Source of the DNA: Squalus acanthias | Lineage: Eukaryota | DNA length: 64,000 bases | NCBI GenBank assembly: GCA_030390025.1 | Contig: CM059432.1 | Span: 10,974,001-11,038,000 of the forward strand | Direction: 5' to 3' | Shown: positions 51,060 to 64,000 of the stretch, one piece after another | How the letters are laid out: each line of letters begins with the position of its first letter | How positions within the stretch are numbered: the stretch's first letter is position 1 | Program-made: the position numbers and the translations under genes | Notes under the pieces: model-generated | Seen by the model: only the letters and a program-made list of their open reading frames with translations | Databases searched by the model: none | Told to the model about the DNA's origin: nothing

Positions 51060-51802
51060 GAACCACTCTCCAGGGCCCCAAACACCCCTTCCAGGTGAAA
51101 CAGCGATTTACTTGTACTACTTGCAATCTAGTATACTGTATTCGCTGCTCACGATGTGGTCTCCTCTACATTGGGGAGACCAAACGCAGATTGGGTGACC
51201 GCTTTGCGGAACACCTCCGTTCAGTCCGTAAGGGTGACCCCGAGTTTCAGGTCGCCTGTCATTTTAACTCACCGCTCCACGCCCACTCAGACCTCACCGT
51301 CCTCGGCCTCTTGCGTTGTTCCGCGGAAGCTCAGCGTAAGCTCGAGGAACAGCACCTCATCTTCCGATTAGGCACTTTACAGCCTTCCGCACTCCATATC
51401 GAGTTCAACAATTTCAGATCATAACCTCGGCCCCTACCATTTTTATCCCCCCCTTTTGGTTTGTGCCTTTTCCCCTTTTTTTTCTCTCTCTCCCACATGG
51501 CAGCTGTCTTTCATCCTGCCAGCGCATTTCACACTTCTGAGCCATCTTTTGTTTCTTAACCTGTCCTATTACCATCTCGTCTCGCCTTGTGTATCTCTTG
51601 ATGTCTCGACGTCTCACAGACCTTCCCTTTTGTTCTATCATTCCCTCCCCCAGCCTCCAAACTTGCTTTTTCATCTGTTTCATTCCCTGCTTTTTTCTCA
51701 GTTCTGATGAAGGGTCTTCGACCTGAAACGTTAACTCTGTTTCTCTCTCCACGGATGTTGCCTGGCCTGCTGAGTTTTTCCAGCGCTTTCCGTTGTTATT
51801 CT
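51060..51802 (+). mobile_element. Penelope-like family B, 5'-truncated (GIY-YIG + pseudo-LTR)
   Basis: NLVYCIRC...LLYIGETKRRLGDRFAEH; TSD atgctgactgt at 51049-51059 and 51803-51813. Confidence 0.93.
51700..51736 (+). ncRNA. Minimal type I hammerhead ribozyme motif (family B)
   Basis: agtt CTGATGA a gggtc ttc gacct GAAA cgtt aact. Confidence 0.8.
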
Positions 51803-52461
51803 ATGCTGACTGTCCCTGATTGATCCGTGTCTTTCTAAATGAAGATTTATCCTGTCCCTCAGAATTTTTTCCAATAATTTTCTCACCACCGAGATTAGGC
51901 TGACTGGCCTATAATTACTCGGTCTATCCCTTTCTCCCTTTTTAAACAATGACCGAGAGTGTTCCCATGCACCCCAGAGTGGCCTCATAGAAAATGATAG
52001 GCCAGTCCAAAGCCATGGCCCCTGAGTGTTGATCCAGAACAGCAGGACTTGGAACCCATATTAACTGCTGTATACTCTGCATTCTCAGAAGACAGCATGG
52101 TTTCCCAGTATCCTGCAGCTGCAGATCAGCTCTCAGTTTGGTTTGAAGCCATGTTTGGAGCCATTTTAGGATGCATCCAATTGGTGTCCTCACTGAGTGT
52201 TGATGTATCTATCAACATTAAAAACCCACACATGGTGAACCACCGAGCAAAGCTGTGATATTGTGGGTAGATACTGTAGACCAGTCACTTCCACCTGAAG
52301 GAGAGGAAGTTGTGAGCCCTTTACCCCAAGCTGACCGTGTGTATTTTCACAACCATTGAATGGTATTGGTGGCATTTCACTCAGAACTGGAAGGATCATA
52401 GTTTGGGGGAACTACAAAAATAAGTAATTTTCTTTTTTTTTTAAAAAGTCACTAATAATTT

Positions 52462-52575
52462 GACCTGAAACGTTAACTCTGTTTCTCTCTCCATGGATGT
52501 TGCCTGACCTGCTGAGTTTTTCCAGCGTTTTTGTTGTTATTTCGGATTTCCAGCATCCGCAGTATTTTGCTATTG
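52462..52575 (+). mobile_element. Penelope family B pseudo-LTR fragment
   Basis: Matches 1-115; lacks the CUGAUGA half. Confidence 0.8.
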
Positions 52576-53049
52576 TACTAATAATTTGATGTTCATTGCT
52601 AAAAATACATTCAATTTAATTTCCTGTTTTTTATTAAATACTGTGATGCCTACTATTAACTTCTCCAATTCCAGTTTTGACTGGACCAAATTGTACACTG
52701 CAGATTAACTGCAACCGGTGATCACAGCAGCAACTGCTTCTACAATTTCCTCAGTAGCATAGATAGACTTTTTCATCCTTCGTTCTGGGTATCTACCACA
52801 TGGGATGTCCTGTCTACCCATGCCTGATACCCACAGCCAGCAAGAAACACAAGCTTAATAAAACTGCTCCCCAGTATTTTAAAAATATGCTTATGAAGCA
52901 GATGACGGTTAGGAACCACTCAAACTGCAGTCTCTTGTCAGCTGAAACTCTCAGACTACTATATTCACTGAGTATCATTATTTCTCTGGAAAAGATTAGA
53001 ATGATTTTTTTTTAAACATCAGCAAATCTCAATTATGTATGTTATATAA

Positions 53050-53442
53050 AATAAAAACAAAATGCTGGAAATACTCAGCAGGTCAGGCAGCATCTGTGGA
53101 GAGAAAAACAGAGTTAACGTTTCAGGTTGATGACCCTTTGTCAGAACTGGAAAAAGCTGGAGATGGAACAGGTTTTTAAGCAAGTGTAGGGGCAGGGAAA
53201 GGGGGGAGGGAAGGAAAGAATAAAGGGGAAGGTCTGTGATAGGATGGAAGGCAGGAGAGATTAAGAGACAAAAGGGATGATGGTGCAAGGCAAAAGGAGA
53301 TGGTAATAGGACAAGTTAAGAAACAAAAGATGGCTCTAGTTGAAGTTTAAATGGCAATGGCAGAGTGGTCGACAGCTGCCATGTGAGAGAGAGAAAAAAT
53401 GGGGGGGGAAAAAGATAGGGGCAGAGGTTATGGTCTGAAATT
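53050..53442 (-). mobile_element. Penelope family B pseudo-LTR with decayed hammerhead (CUGACAA)
   Basis: Reverse complement resembles 51410-51800. Confidence 0.8.
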
Positions 53443-53515
53443 ATGTATGTTCTTCATTTTTCTTCCTCTCAGTGGACCTGCGACAGTATTTTAAGTTTCT
53501 GTTTCTTCTTTACAG

Positions 53516-53579
53516 GATCCTGAAAGTTTTGTTGTGTGGGTTCATTTTCGTGCACCACAAAAATACATCAGTAGTACAG
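53516..53579 (+). CDS. CEP192: CEP192 exon (phase 0-1), DPESFVVWVHFRAPQK
   Basis: ttacag acceptor, G|gtattt donor. Confidence 0.9.
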
Positions 53580-54825
53580 GTATTTATTTCTTTTTATTTT
53601 CAGTTGGAAATGTTTTGAACAGGTGCCCTGGCTATACCCCAGGTTGTCTCCCTGAAAAAAGGGGCAGGTTTGTTTGGGCAAAAAAATGGCCTTTTCCTAA
53701 AACTTGTGTTCATCTTCTGAAGATGGTGACTTATGCTGGAGCACCTTCCCACAGGCGCTGGAAGTCCTCTGGTATATTCTTTAAGCAGCCATTGTACATG
53801 TGCAAGCCTAGATGAACAGCTGCAGGCTGTTTGACCAGCATTATACCAAAACGTACTTGTGCAGCAGGAGTTGCTGGATAACCATAAGGGAACAGGTACT
53901 TTTTCCCTCCCTGTCCCCAGCCTAAGGCTGATTGTGAAGCCCCCCCTATTGCCCTGACACAGAAGGCTTAGCAGCACGCAATGTGTTTACCCCTGGCCGT
54001 TTTCTACATGTTAAAATGGAGTTTGGGGAAGAAGCTAAGGTATCTAACAATTTAACTTGTATCAAATAGGCACACCCTTCTCACTTGTTTAATGACCAAC
54101 TGGTGACTGTCATCCTTTGGGGAAAGGTAATCCGTGTATCTTTGAGGTCGAGTTAAAGTAGAGTTGACAAGCCTGCCATGGATGATTGAATGTGGGTCAA
54201 TCCTTAATAGACTTCGTAATCTAAAACCTGAGCCAGACAGGTTCATAGTTGATTAGCCTCCTTTGTTTATGATGGGTCAGGGTGGTGCGGCAGGCTAGGA
54301 TTCTTCCCTTTTGCCTCCAGAAAATCCTGAAAGCCTCTGCCCTAATGAGATAAAGCAGTGCTATTTGGGTTGGCAGTGGAAAGCTTAAAAAAAGTGCTTT
54401 GCTGTGGAGCTGCCCAGTTTTAGGCAGTCAAACTCCACCACTTTTTCCTGTCTGTGGGCAATGGAGGTCACCACAGGAAGAAAGAACCCACCATATTGGG
54501 CAAGTACAATCGACTTGAGTGGCTTTCACAGTAGTTTGATTTGGACACTGTTAAGCATGTTCACGTGTTTCTTTGCATGACAAACACCTGGCTGAACAAA
54601 TAAAAACAAAATTATTATATAGGCTGAACAAATATGATCGGCACCATTATCTTTCACAGTTTTACAGCTTTAGTCAATAAACTGGAGACCAGGTTGATTT
54701 TTTTTAAGTAGAGCATATGTGTTCCTAGGTTTTATAAATGGGGCAGAAAGTATAAAAGCAAAGAGGTAATACTAAACCTATACAAATCTTTGATTTAACA
54801 TTGTTCGAATATTGTGCCCTACTTA

Positions 54826-57800
54826 ACATAGGAGCAGGAGTAGGCCATTCGGCCCCTCGAGCCTGCTCCGCCATTCGATGAGATCATGGCTGATCATCCA
54901 AATTCAGAACCCTGTCCCTGCTTTCTCCCCATATCCCTTGATCCCTTTAGCCTTAAGAAATATATCTAACTCCTTCTTGAATATATTTAATGAATTGGCC
55001 TCAACTGCCTTCTGTGGTAGAGAATTCCACAGGTTCACCACTCTCTGGGTGAAGAAATTCCTCCTCATCTCAGTCCTAAATAGCTTACCCCTTATCCTTA
55101 GATTGTGACCCCTGGTTCTGGACTTCCCCCGCCATCGGGAACATCCTTCCTGCATCTAGTCTGTCTAGTCCTGTTAGAATTTTATAAGTTTCAATGAGAT
55201 CCCCCCCTCATTCTTCTAAACTCTAGCGAATATAAGCCTAATTGACCCAATCTCTCTCCAAATGGTCATTCCTGCCATCCCAGGTATCAGTCTGGTGAAT
55301 CTTCGCTGCACTCCCTCCATGGCAAGAACATCCTTCCTCAGATAAGGTGACCAAAACTGCACACAGTACTCAAGGTGTGGTCTCACCAAGGCCCTGTACA
55401 ACTGCAGCAAGACATCCTTGCTCCTGTACTCGAATCCTCTTGCTATGAAGACCAACATACCATTTGCCTTCTTAACCGCCTGTTGCACCTGCATGCTTAC
55501 CTTCAGCGACTGGTGCACAAGGACACCCAGGTCTCGTTGCACTTCCCCTTTTTCCAATCTATTGCCGTTCAGATAATCTGTCTTCCTGTTTTTGCCACCA
55601 AAGTGGATAACCTCGCATTTATCCACATTATACTGCATCTGCCCAATCACCCAACCTGTCCAAATAATACTGGAGTTTCTCTGCATCCTCCTCACAGCAC
55701 ACACTCCCACCCAGCTTTGTGTCGTCTGCAAACTTGGAGATATTACATCTAGTTCCCTCGTCTAGATCATTTATATATATTGTGAATAGCTGGGGTCCTA
55801 GCACCGATCCCTGCGGTACCCCACTGGTCACTGCCTGCCACTCGGAAAAAGACCCGTTTATTCCAACTCTTTGCTTCCTGTCTGCCAACCAGTTCTCTAT
55901 CCAAGTCAGTACCTTACCCCTAATCCCATGTGCTTTAACTTTGCACGCTAATCTCTTCTGCGGGACCTTATCGAAAGCCTTCTGAAAGTCCAAATACACC
56001 ACATCCACTGGTTCTCCGTTATCTATTCTACCAGTTACATCCCCAAAAAATTCCAGTAGATTAGTCAAGCGTGATTTACCTTTTGTAAATCCATGTTGAC
56101 TTTGTCCGATCCTGTCACTGTTTTCCAAGTGCTCTGCTATTACATCTTTTATAATGGACTCGAGCATTTTCCCCACTACCGATGTCAGGCTTACTGGTCT
56201 ATAATTCCCCGTTTTTTCTCTACCACCTTTTTTAAATAGTGGGGTTACATTAGCTACCCTCCAATCCATGGGAACTGTTCCAGAGTCTATAGAATTTTGG
56301 AAGATGACCAGCAATGCATCTACTGTTTCTAGGGCCACTTCCTTAAGTACCCTAGGATGTAGATTATCAGGCCCTGGGGATTTATCAGCCTTCAATCCCG
56401 TCAATTTCCCTAACATCATTTCCCTACAAATACTGATTTCATTCAATGCCTGCCTCTCATTAGACCCAATGTTCCCTGACATCTATGGGAGGTTATTTGT
56501 GTCCTCCTTTGTGAAGACAGAACCAAAGTATGTATTTAATTGGTCTGCCATTTCATTGTTCCCCATTATAAATTCCTCTGATTCTGACTGCAAGGGCCCT
56601 ACGCTTGAATTCACCAATCTTTTTCTCTTCACATATCTATAGAAGCTTTTACAGTCAGTTTTTATGTTCCCTGCAAGCTTACTCTCATACTCTATTTTCC
56701 CCCTCTTAATTAATCCCTTTGTCCTCCTTTGCTGAATCCTAAACTGCTTCCAATCCTCAAGGTTGCTGCTTTTTCTGGCCAATTTATATGTCCCCTCCTT
56801 GGATCTTATGCTATCCCTAATTTCCCTTGTTAGCCACGGTTGAGTCACCTTTTTTTGTTTTATTTTTATGCCAAACCGGGATGAACAAATTCTGTAGCTC
56901 ATCCATGCGATCTTTAAATGTTTGCCATTGCCTATCCACCGTCAACCCTTTAAGTAACGTTCCCCAATCCATGCTAGCCAACTCGCACCTCATACCATCG
57001 TAGTTTGCTTTATTTAAATTCAGGACCCTAGTCTCTGAGTCAACTACTTCAGTCTCCATCTTAATGAAGAATTCTATCATATTATGATCGCTCCTCCCCA
57101 AGGGGCCTCGCACAACAAGATTGCTAATTAATCCTTTCTCATTACATAATACCCAGTCTAAGATGGCCTGATCTCTAGCTGGTTCCTCGACATATTGGTC
57201 CAGGAAACCATCCCGTATACACTCTAGGAATTCCTCCTCCACAGTATTGTTACTAATTTGGTTAGCCCAATCTATATGTAGATTAAAGTCACACATGATA
57301 ACTGCTGTGCCCTTATTGCACGCGTCTCTAATTTCCCATTTAATGCCATCCCCAACCTCAGCATTACTGTTTGGGGGTCTGTATACAACTCCCACTAACA
57401 TTTTCTGCCCCTTGGTATTTCTTAGCTCTACCCATACAGATTCCACATCATCAGAGCTAATAACCTTCCTTACTATTGTGTTAATCTCCTCTTTAACCAG
57501 CAATGCTATCCCACCTCCTTTTCCTTTTTGCCTGTCCTTCCTGAATATTGAATACCCCTGGATGTTGAATTCCCAGCCTTGGTCACCCTGGAGCCATGTC
57601 TCCGTAATCCCAATTATATCATATCCGTTTACATCTATTTGCGCAGCTAATTCATCCACCTTATTACGAATGCTCCTCGCATTAAGACACAAAGCCTTCA
57701 GGCTTGTTTTTTTTAACACTCTTAGACCTTTTAGAATTATTATTTACTGTAGCCCTGTTTGATTTACACCCTTGATTTCTCTGCCTTCCACTTTTGCTTT

Positions 57801-59170
57801 TCTCCTTCCTGTCTTTTGTTTCTATCTATGCTTCCCTTTCCTCTGTCTCCCTGCACAGGTTCCCAACCCCCTGCCATTTTAGTTTAAAACCTCCCCAACA
57901 GCACTAGCAAACACTTCCCCGAGGACATCGGTCCCGGTCCTGCCCAGGTGCAAACCATCCAGTTTGTACTGGTCCCACCTCCCCCAGAACCGGTTCCAAT
58001 GTCCCAGGAATTTGAATCCCTCCCTCTTGCACCATTCCTCTAGCCATGTATTCATCTGAAATATCCTTCTATTTCTACTCTGACTAGCACGTGGCACTGG
58101 TAGCAATCCCCTGAGATTACTACCTTTTGAGGTCCTATTTTTTTAATTTACCTCCTAACTCCCTATATTCAGCTTTTAGGACCTCATCCCATTTTTTACC
58201 TATATCGTTGGTACCTATATGCACCACGACAACTGGCTGTTCACCCTCCCCCTCCAGAATGCCCTGCAGCCGCCCCGAGACATCCTTGACCCTTGCACCA
58301 GGGAGGCAACATACCATCCTGGAGTCTCGTTTGCGGCCGCAGAAACGCCTATCTATTCCCCTTACAATAGAATCCCCTATCACTATTAGCTCTCCCGCTC
58401 TTTTTCCTCCCGTCCTGTGCAGCAGAACCACCCATGGTGCCAGGAAGTTGGCTGCTGCTGCCTTCCCCCGATAAGCCATCTCCCCCAACAATATCCAAAG
58501 CGGTATATCTGTTTGAGAGGGGGATGGCCACAGGGGACCCCTGCACCACCTGCCTGCGCCTACTACTCTGCCTGGCGGTCACCCATTCCCTTCCTGCCTG
58601 TGCAGCCTTTACCTGCGGTGTGACCAACTCATCAAACGTGCTATCCACGACGTCCTCAGCATGGCAAATGCTCCAGTATGTATCCAGTCGCAGCTCCAGC
58701 GCCGCAATGCGGTCTGCCAGTAGCTGTAGCTGGATACACTTCCCGCACACGTGGTCGTCAGGGACACAGGAAGTGTCCCTGATGTCCCACATAGTGCAGG
58801 AGGAGCATGCCACGGGGCCGAGCTGTGCTGCCATGACTTACCCTTTAATTAATTTAAATTAAATCAAATCAATACTACTAATTACACTACAATTAAATGA
58901 TATACTCAAGGGCCCTTGTTTACTCCCCGCGACACAACAGACACCTTAGAAACTATAACCACAAAAATTAAGACCTTCTAAACTTTATAATCTATTAACC
59001 TTAACTGACAAACTATAGAGTAGTATAAGTACTCACCCAATCAGCTGCTTCCTCTTGCCCGGTCTGCGAGATTGGTAAGCTTCTGAGGAAAAAAGCCCGC
59101 GAAAGTGAGTTTAAATACTGTATTGCCGCTCTCCTGCTGCTCCCGACACCGGCCTCTGAGGAAAAAAGCC
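54826..59170 (-). mobile_element. Near full-length CR1 subfamily A: 5' UTR, ORF1 (Zn-finger + SGNH esterase), ORF2 (APE + RT), all frameshifted
   Basis: CSSC..CGKC; VIGDSIVR, CLPGARV, HIGTNDI; LNARSI, ITETW, YRPP, DFN, SDHN; KFADDTK; inserted into an older + strand CR1 (about 54720-54825 and 59171-59630). Confidence 0.95.
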
Positions 59171-59717
59171 TTTGGGAAGGATGTCAAAGCCATGGAGAAG
59201 GTGCAGAAGAAATTTACTAAAATTATACCAGGGTGAAAGGTTTTAGTTACGAGGAGAAACTGAGGCTCTTTTCACTGCACCAGAGAAGGTTAAGAGGCAA
59301 TCTAATAGAGATGCTCAAAATAATGAATGATTTTGTTCAGGAAAATCAGGGGTAACTCATTCTCCTGGTCCGTGAGTTCATAACTACAGGGCATATGTTT
59401 AGAGGGCATAGAAAGTATAAAGGAAGGCGTTATTTTTAATGTAGAGGATTGTTAGGACATGGAGTGCTCTACCAGAACAGTGTTGGATACAGAATCCATG
59501 TTTGCTTTTAGAAGGTCAGCACCTAAATAATTAAATGGTTATGGGGAAAGGGGACGAAATTAATCTCTGTTTCAGATAGCTTGCACACACATGATAAGCC
59601 AAATGGCTTTCTTCTATGCTTTAATCTTCTATCGAATCATAATGGCCTCTGCTTAACTACAGAAACCATGAACTTCAAACTGTATTATAAACTTAAATAC
59701 TGTGACCTTTATTTCAG

Positions 59718-59857
59718 ATCCTTTAGGTCCAGCAGAGGACTACTCAGCAAGAGTTGATATAGAGGTCGACAGTCCTGGTCCCAGCAACGTTATCAACAGC
59801 ATACCACTCCGTGCCAGGGTTGGAATTGCCAGAATACACGCTCCCAAAGACCTGCAG
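59718..59857 (+). CDS. CEP192: CEP192 exon (phase 1-0), ARVDIEVDSPG...GIARIHAPKDLQ
   Basis: tttcag acceptor, CAG|gtatgc donor. Confidence 0.94.
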
Positions 59858-59869
59858 GTATGCTGACAT

Positions 59870-60230
59870 AAGATTCTGAGGGGGATTGACAGGGTAGCTG
59901 CTGAGAGGTTGTTTTCCCCTGGCTGGAGAGTCTAGAACTAGGGAGCATAGTCTCAGCATAAGGGGTCGGCCATTTAAGTCTGAGATGAGGAGGAGGGTTG
60001 TGAATCTTTGAAATTCTCTGCCCCAAAGGGCTGTAGATGCTGAGTCGTTGAGTATATTCAAGGCTGAGATAGATAGATTTTTGGACTCAAGGGGAATCAA
60101 GGGATTATGGGCATCGGGAAAATGGAATTGAGGTCAAAGATCAGCCATGATCTTATTGAATGGTGGAGCAGGCTCGAGGGGCCGTCTGGCCTACTCCTGC
60201 TCCTAATTCTTATGTTCTTGTGTTCTTATG
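59870..60230 (+). mobile_element. CR1 3' fragment starting just after an exon donor
   Basis: CR1 end and tcttatgt tail. Confidence 0.85.
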
Positions 60231-60360
60231 TAGTACTTGAAGACATCAAAGAATTTGTTGTTGGGTTTCCTGATAGCCTTGTGGGCAGAGGTAATGCCTG
60301 GTGTAACCTCTTTGTACACAAGCATAAATTGTTGGCATGGGGGAGGAAAGCGAGAATCTG

Positions 60361-60826
60361 GAGATGAGGGGGTTGACTTATGAGGAAAGGTTGAGTAGGT
60401 TGGGCCTCTACTCATTGGAATACAGAAGAATGAGAGGCGATCTTATCGAAACATATAAGGTTGTGAGAGGGCTTGATCGGGTGGATGCGGGGAGGATGTT
60501 TCCACTGATGGGTGAGACTAGAACTAGGGGGCATAATCTTAGAATAAGGGGCTGCCGTTTCAAAACTGAGATGAGGAGAAACTTCTTCACTCAGAGGGTA
60601 GTAAATCTATGGAATTTGCTACCTCAGAGAGCTGTGGAAGCTGCGACATTAAATAAATTTAAAACGGAGATAGACAGTTTCCTAGCTGATAAGGGAATTA
60701 AGGGTTATGGGGAGCGGGCAGGGAAGTGGGCGTGAGTCTAGGTTCGGATCAGCCATGATCCTATTGAATGGCGGAGCAGGCCCGAAGGGTCGTATGGCCT
60801 ACTCCTGCTCCTACCTCTTATGTTCT
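60361..60826 (+). mobile_element. CR1 subfamily B 3' fragment
   Basis: ORF 60337..60735; similar to 5637-6020. Confidence 0.9.
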
Positions 60827-61461
60827 GGGATGCTGTGAAATATACAATTTATTTGTTACACACCAGATGTGTGGATAATGGGAAAGACCAGAAGGTCTTT
60901 ACCTGTCCGTCATTGTTCGTATGTTTATACTGAAGTAATTCTGTATTAGCAAATGGATCAACTGAGAGATGTTGTAAAGGCGCCTTGGCAATACCAGCGT
61001 GAGATGAGGATCAAACAGTTGCTAAGCATATAGGCCAGGTAGCTAAATTACAGTTGGCCTAAGACGGCTTGATCTTACCACTGCATCAGTTGCACAAGCC
61101 CTGGCTTTCCATCTGAGCTATGAAAGTCAAGGTGGTGAGGTACAGTGGTTGTTTAACTGAATGAATTTTTCAAGGTATATCTATAAACCTATGGGAGGAA
61201 GAGCCCATGTCAATGTGTCATTCTGAATGGAGGTTATCAGCATCTGCTGTATAAAAAGTCATATGTACGATGAAAAGGTTTTGAAGAACAGACACTTTTT
61301 TTGTGATTGCCTCTGCTAGATTGTCAAACTTATCCATACTAACCTTTTTTCAAAAATACTGAAACTGAAGACAAGTGCCTTCTGTTAATGAAATCTGTGT
61401 TGAGGGAAGTCTTTCTGTGTTGCATGTGCTCTGAGGTTTTCATTATTGCTTTTATATTTAG

Positions 61462-61554
61462 ACTCTCGTAATGTGTGCTAAGCCTGGTATGACAGCTAAA
61501 CAAATCCTACCTCTCAAAAATGCAGGAAATATTATTGCACAGCTCAAGATTCAG
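61462..61554 (+). CDS. CEP192: CEP192 exon (phase 0-0), KQILPLKNAGNI
   Basis: atttag acceptor, CAG|gtgagt donor, 93 nt. Confidence 0.92.
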
Positions 61555-61829
61555 GTGAGTTTGCAGTTACCTTCCAAAACAACTTTGAGTCCCTTTAAGG
61601 ATATGATACATACATCTTTTCTTTTTAAGTTTTGTTTTATATAACCTTATGTGGTGCTCTGTGAAGTCCTCTACAATCATTTCAGCAGTAAATAAGGTGT
61701 CAAAAAGTAAAAGGGGAGCCTCCTGTAATTTTGGTTTACAACTATCATGCTGACCTCACTTTTATTTTAAAAAAATGAATGCGCTGCATGAGTGGCATTA
61801 AGCTTGCATTGTGTTTAGTTTGTTCTCTG

Positions 61830-62700
61830 GATGTGGGCAACCTGGGGCATGGTGTATTTATTGCCCAACCCTAGTTACATTGAGACGGTGGTGGTGGGCC
61901 TTCTTGAACCCCTGCAGTCCTTGTAGTGCGAAATGTCCCATTATGGTCTCCGGTAGGAAATTCCAGGTTGTTGACATAGAAAAATAGGAGCAGGAGGAGG
62001 CCATTCGGCCCTTTGAGCATGCTCCACCATTCAATATGATCATGGCTGATCCTCTATCTCAATACCATATTCCCGTTCTCTCCCCATACCCCTTGATGCC
62101 TTTTGTGTCTAGAAATCTATCTATCTCCTTAAATATATTCAGTGACTTGGCCTCCACAGCTTTCTGTGGTAGAGAATTCCACAGGTTCATCACCCTCTGA
62201 GCGAAGAAATTTCTCCTCATCTCAGTCCTAAATGTCCGACCCCGTATCCTGAGACTGTGACCCCTCGTTCTAGACCCCCCAGCCAGGGGAAACATCGTCC
62301 CTGCATCCAGTCTGTCAAGCCCTGTCAGAATTTTATACGTTTCAATGAGATCCCCTCTCATTCTCCTAAACCCAGCCAGGATGAAGGAACAACAATATAT
62401 GCTCAAATCAGAATGGTGTGTGACTTGCCGAAGAAATTGGAGATGATGGTCTCTTTGCAGCATTACTGCTCTTGCCTTTCTCGATGGTAAAGGTTGCTTG
62501 GGTAGGGAGATGCTGCTGCTGGAAACTTGGAGAGTTGCTGCAGTGCATCCTACAGCAGCCAGCGTACACCAGTGATGGTGGGGGTTAGATGTGGAGTCTA
62601 GTGGTAGGCCGATACCAATCAAGCAAACTGCTCTGTCCTGGATGGTGTTGAGCTTATTGAGTGTTGTTGCATCTGCACCCATCCAAGCATAGTGAGTATT
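61830..62700 (-). mobile_element. Degraded divergent CR1-group LINE with a nested CR1 3' fragment (61976-62370)
   Basis: KLNTIQDRA and FKKAHHH match the 14720-16545 family; the chimeric ORF 62059..62682 switches family. Confidence 0.8.
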
Positions 62701-63301
62701 CCGTCAGACTTCAGATTTAAGCTGGCTCTTCCCAGCGCTCCCACATAATTCAGTTGTTCAGGTGAATGCTCTATGCCATTTTTTTCAGCTAGGAGATGAT
62801 TTTCCTGGTGTTCTGTTTGGTTGTCTGGCCAGTCCGAATTCACAACTCCATTGTAGCCAATGGGGGAAGTATAGTGATGTCACTAGCACAGCCATGACAC
62901 GAGGGGAATTGCCATTGCCAAACTTGATTGAGATGAAAAGTTGATGCTTTTGTTTAAAAGAAAACACTTTTTATAAATATATATTTTTATGAATAAACAA
63001 ATAGAGTACTTTGAGGAAAATTACCTCCCATACTTTCCCCTGCAACTATTTCTGTCTGAATTCTTTGTGGAACTCATTTGAGCAGTTTCGCTCCCGTTCC
63101 TAATGGATCCAAGCCCATAGAATAAACTTTCTGCTATTACACAGAATTAAATTTGACACCATCATCACTTTGCAGCTTTAATGTCATATAACAGTAATAT
63201 ATGCTGTGATGAGGTTGATGTTTTGGAATATGAATGCATGTAGTATTTTCTGTGCACAAGTATCCTTTTTAGCTTGCCACTCCCTTCCAAAAAAAAGTAA
63301 A

Positions 63302-64000
63302 GGGCCTGGATTTTGCAGTCAGCGGCGAAGGGACGGCGTTCGCCGGTCACCTTGATGACAGCTGCTCTTTAGAGTGCAGACCGGCTCTCATCCGGCATCT
63401 ATTTCAGCACAGCACCCTCTATAGGCGTCTGAGCAGAACAAGAAACAGCGAGGCTCTTCAACCAATCAGATTGAAGAATTCTCACTGAGACACGCAGAGT
63501 CTAAACCAGGAAGTACTAAGCAGGAAATATAAATTAGATTTAAATGATGTACAGAAAGAAAAATAAAGATTGGGAAATACAGATGGGATTAAGGGAGAGA
63601 GATAAGAGATGGACAGAATTTTTTTTTTATTAAATCTAATTTTCTTCTGAGGGAATGAGACTCCACACTTACAAAACTAAATTTTAAGGGCCAGAGAGCA
63701 GTAATTATCACTTATCATGGCATTAAAAACTCATTTACTCCTGAATGCACCAGCCCTAACTTTTTCAGCCATTTTTAGTGCAGAACAAGTGGCCAAGTAC
63801 CTGAAGTTCACACCGTTGCATTCATTTCAGTGTGGAGTCTATCGACGACGTCTGCAACAGCGCACTCTGAAGGAGCGAGGTATCTCTGACAGAAACGTCT
63901 AGATTTCCGCGTTTAACTGCGCATGTGCATACTCCAAAAGTTGCAGTCAGATTTTCTCCATTTTTAATGGTGAGCGCTGTTGGCCTCACCGTTATTCTTA
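63302..64000. mobile_element. Probable GGGCC-ended non-autonomous element, cut by the window edge
   Basis: gggcctggatttt start with GC-rich hairpin ggcgaa..ttcgcc; right end not visible. Confidence 0.45.

Larger units (their letters stand above)
49283..51947 (-). mobile_element. CR1 LINE, 5'-truncated, with nested CR1 end, tandem duplication and Penelope insert
   Basis: NYRPVSL, YMDFSKAFD, KFADDTK and RPQLEYC in separated ORFs. Confidence 0.92.
6562..61554 (+). other. CEP192: CEP192 gene body (partial, 19 internal coding exons)
   Basis: Spliced translation gives motifs I recognise from vertebrate CEP192: VVYQNEEGxWVTDLAYY, YLRLxLGEFFxQRSEALGCLG, RPSFGY, LSISTIASAIAxAS, PLAQQYLG, CCVGIASQT, WRCFTFSK, VDIEVDSP, PLKNAGNI. 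Exon phases chain consistently except at 48762-48898. Confidence 0.96.

Noticed and set aside
62059..62682. 207-aa ORF as a fusion gene
   Set aside because: Chance join of two nested LINE remnants

Overview
Eukaryotic (vertebrate) genomic DNA. The repeat landscape suggests a cartilaginous fish, but that is inference. The window lies inside one + strand gene, CEP192. I traced 19 internal coding exons (6562-61554) with GT-AG sites and matching phases, from the acidic N-terminal region through the Aurora-A-binding segment into the first ASH/PapD-like domains. Start and stop codons lie outside the window. One exon (48762-48898) is 1 nt short of frame. The introns hold CR1 LINEs (one near full length, with esterase ORF1 and APE-RT ORF2), L2 remnants, hAT, Tc1/pogo and Harbinger-type MITEs, and two Penelope-like retroelement families. 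The most notable structure is a Penelope-like element 61 bp downstream of the largest exon. It has a 10-bp TSD, 286-bp inverted pseudo-LTRs and minimal hammerhead ribozyme motifs, one of them sense to the CEP192 pre-mRNA. No prokaryote-type system is present. Most short ORFs in the track are antisense or off-frame products of TEs and exons.
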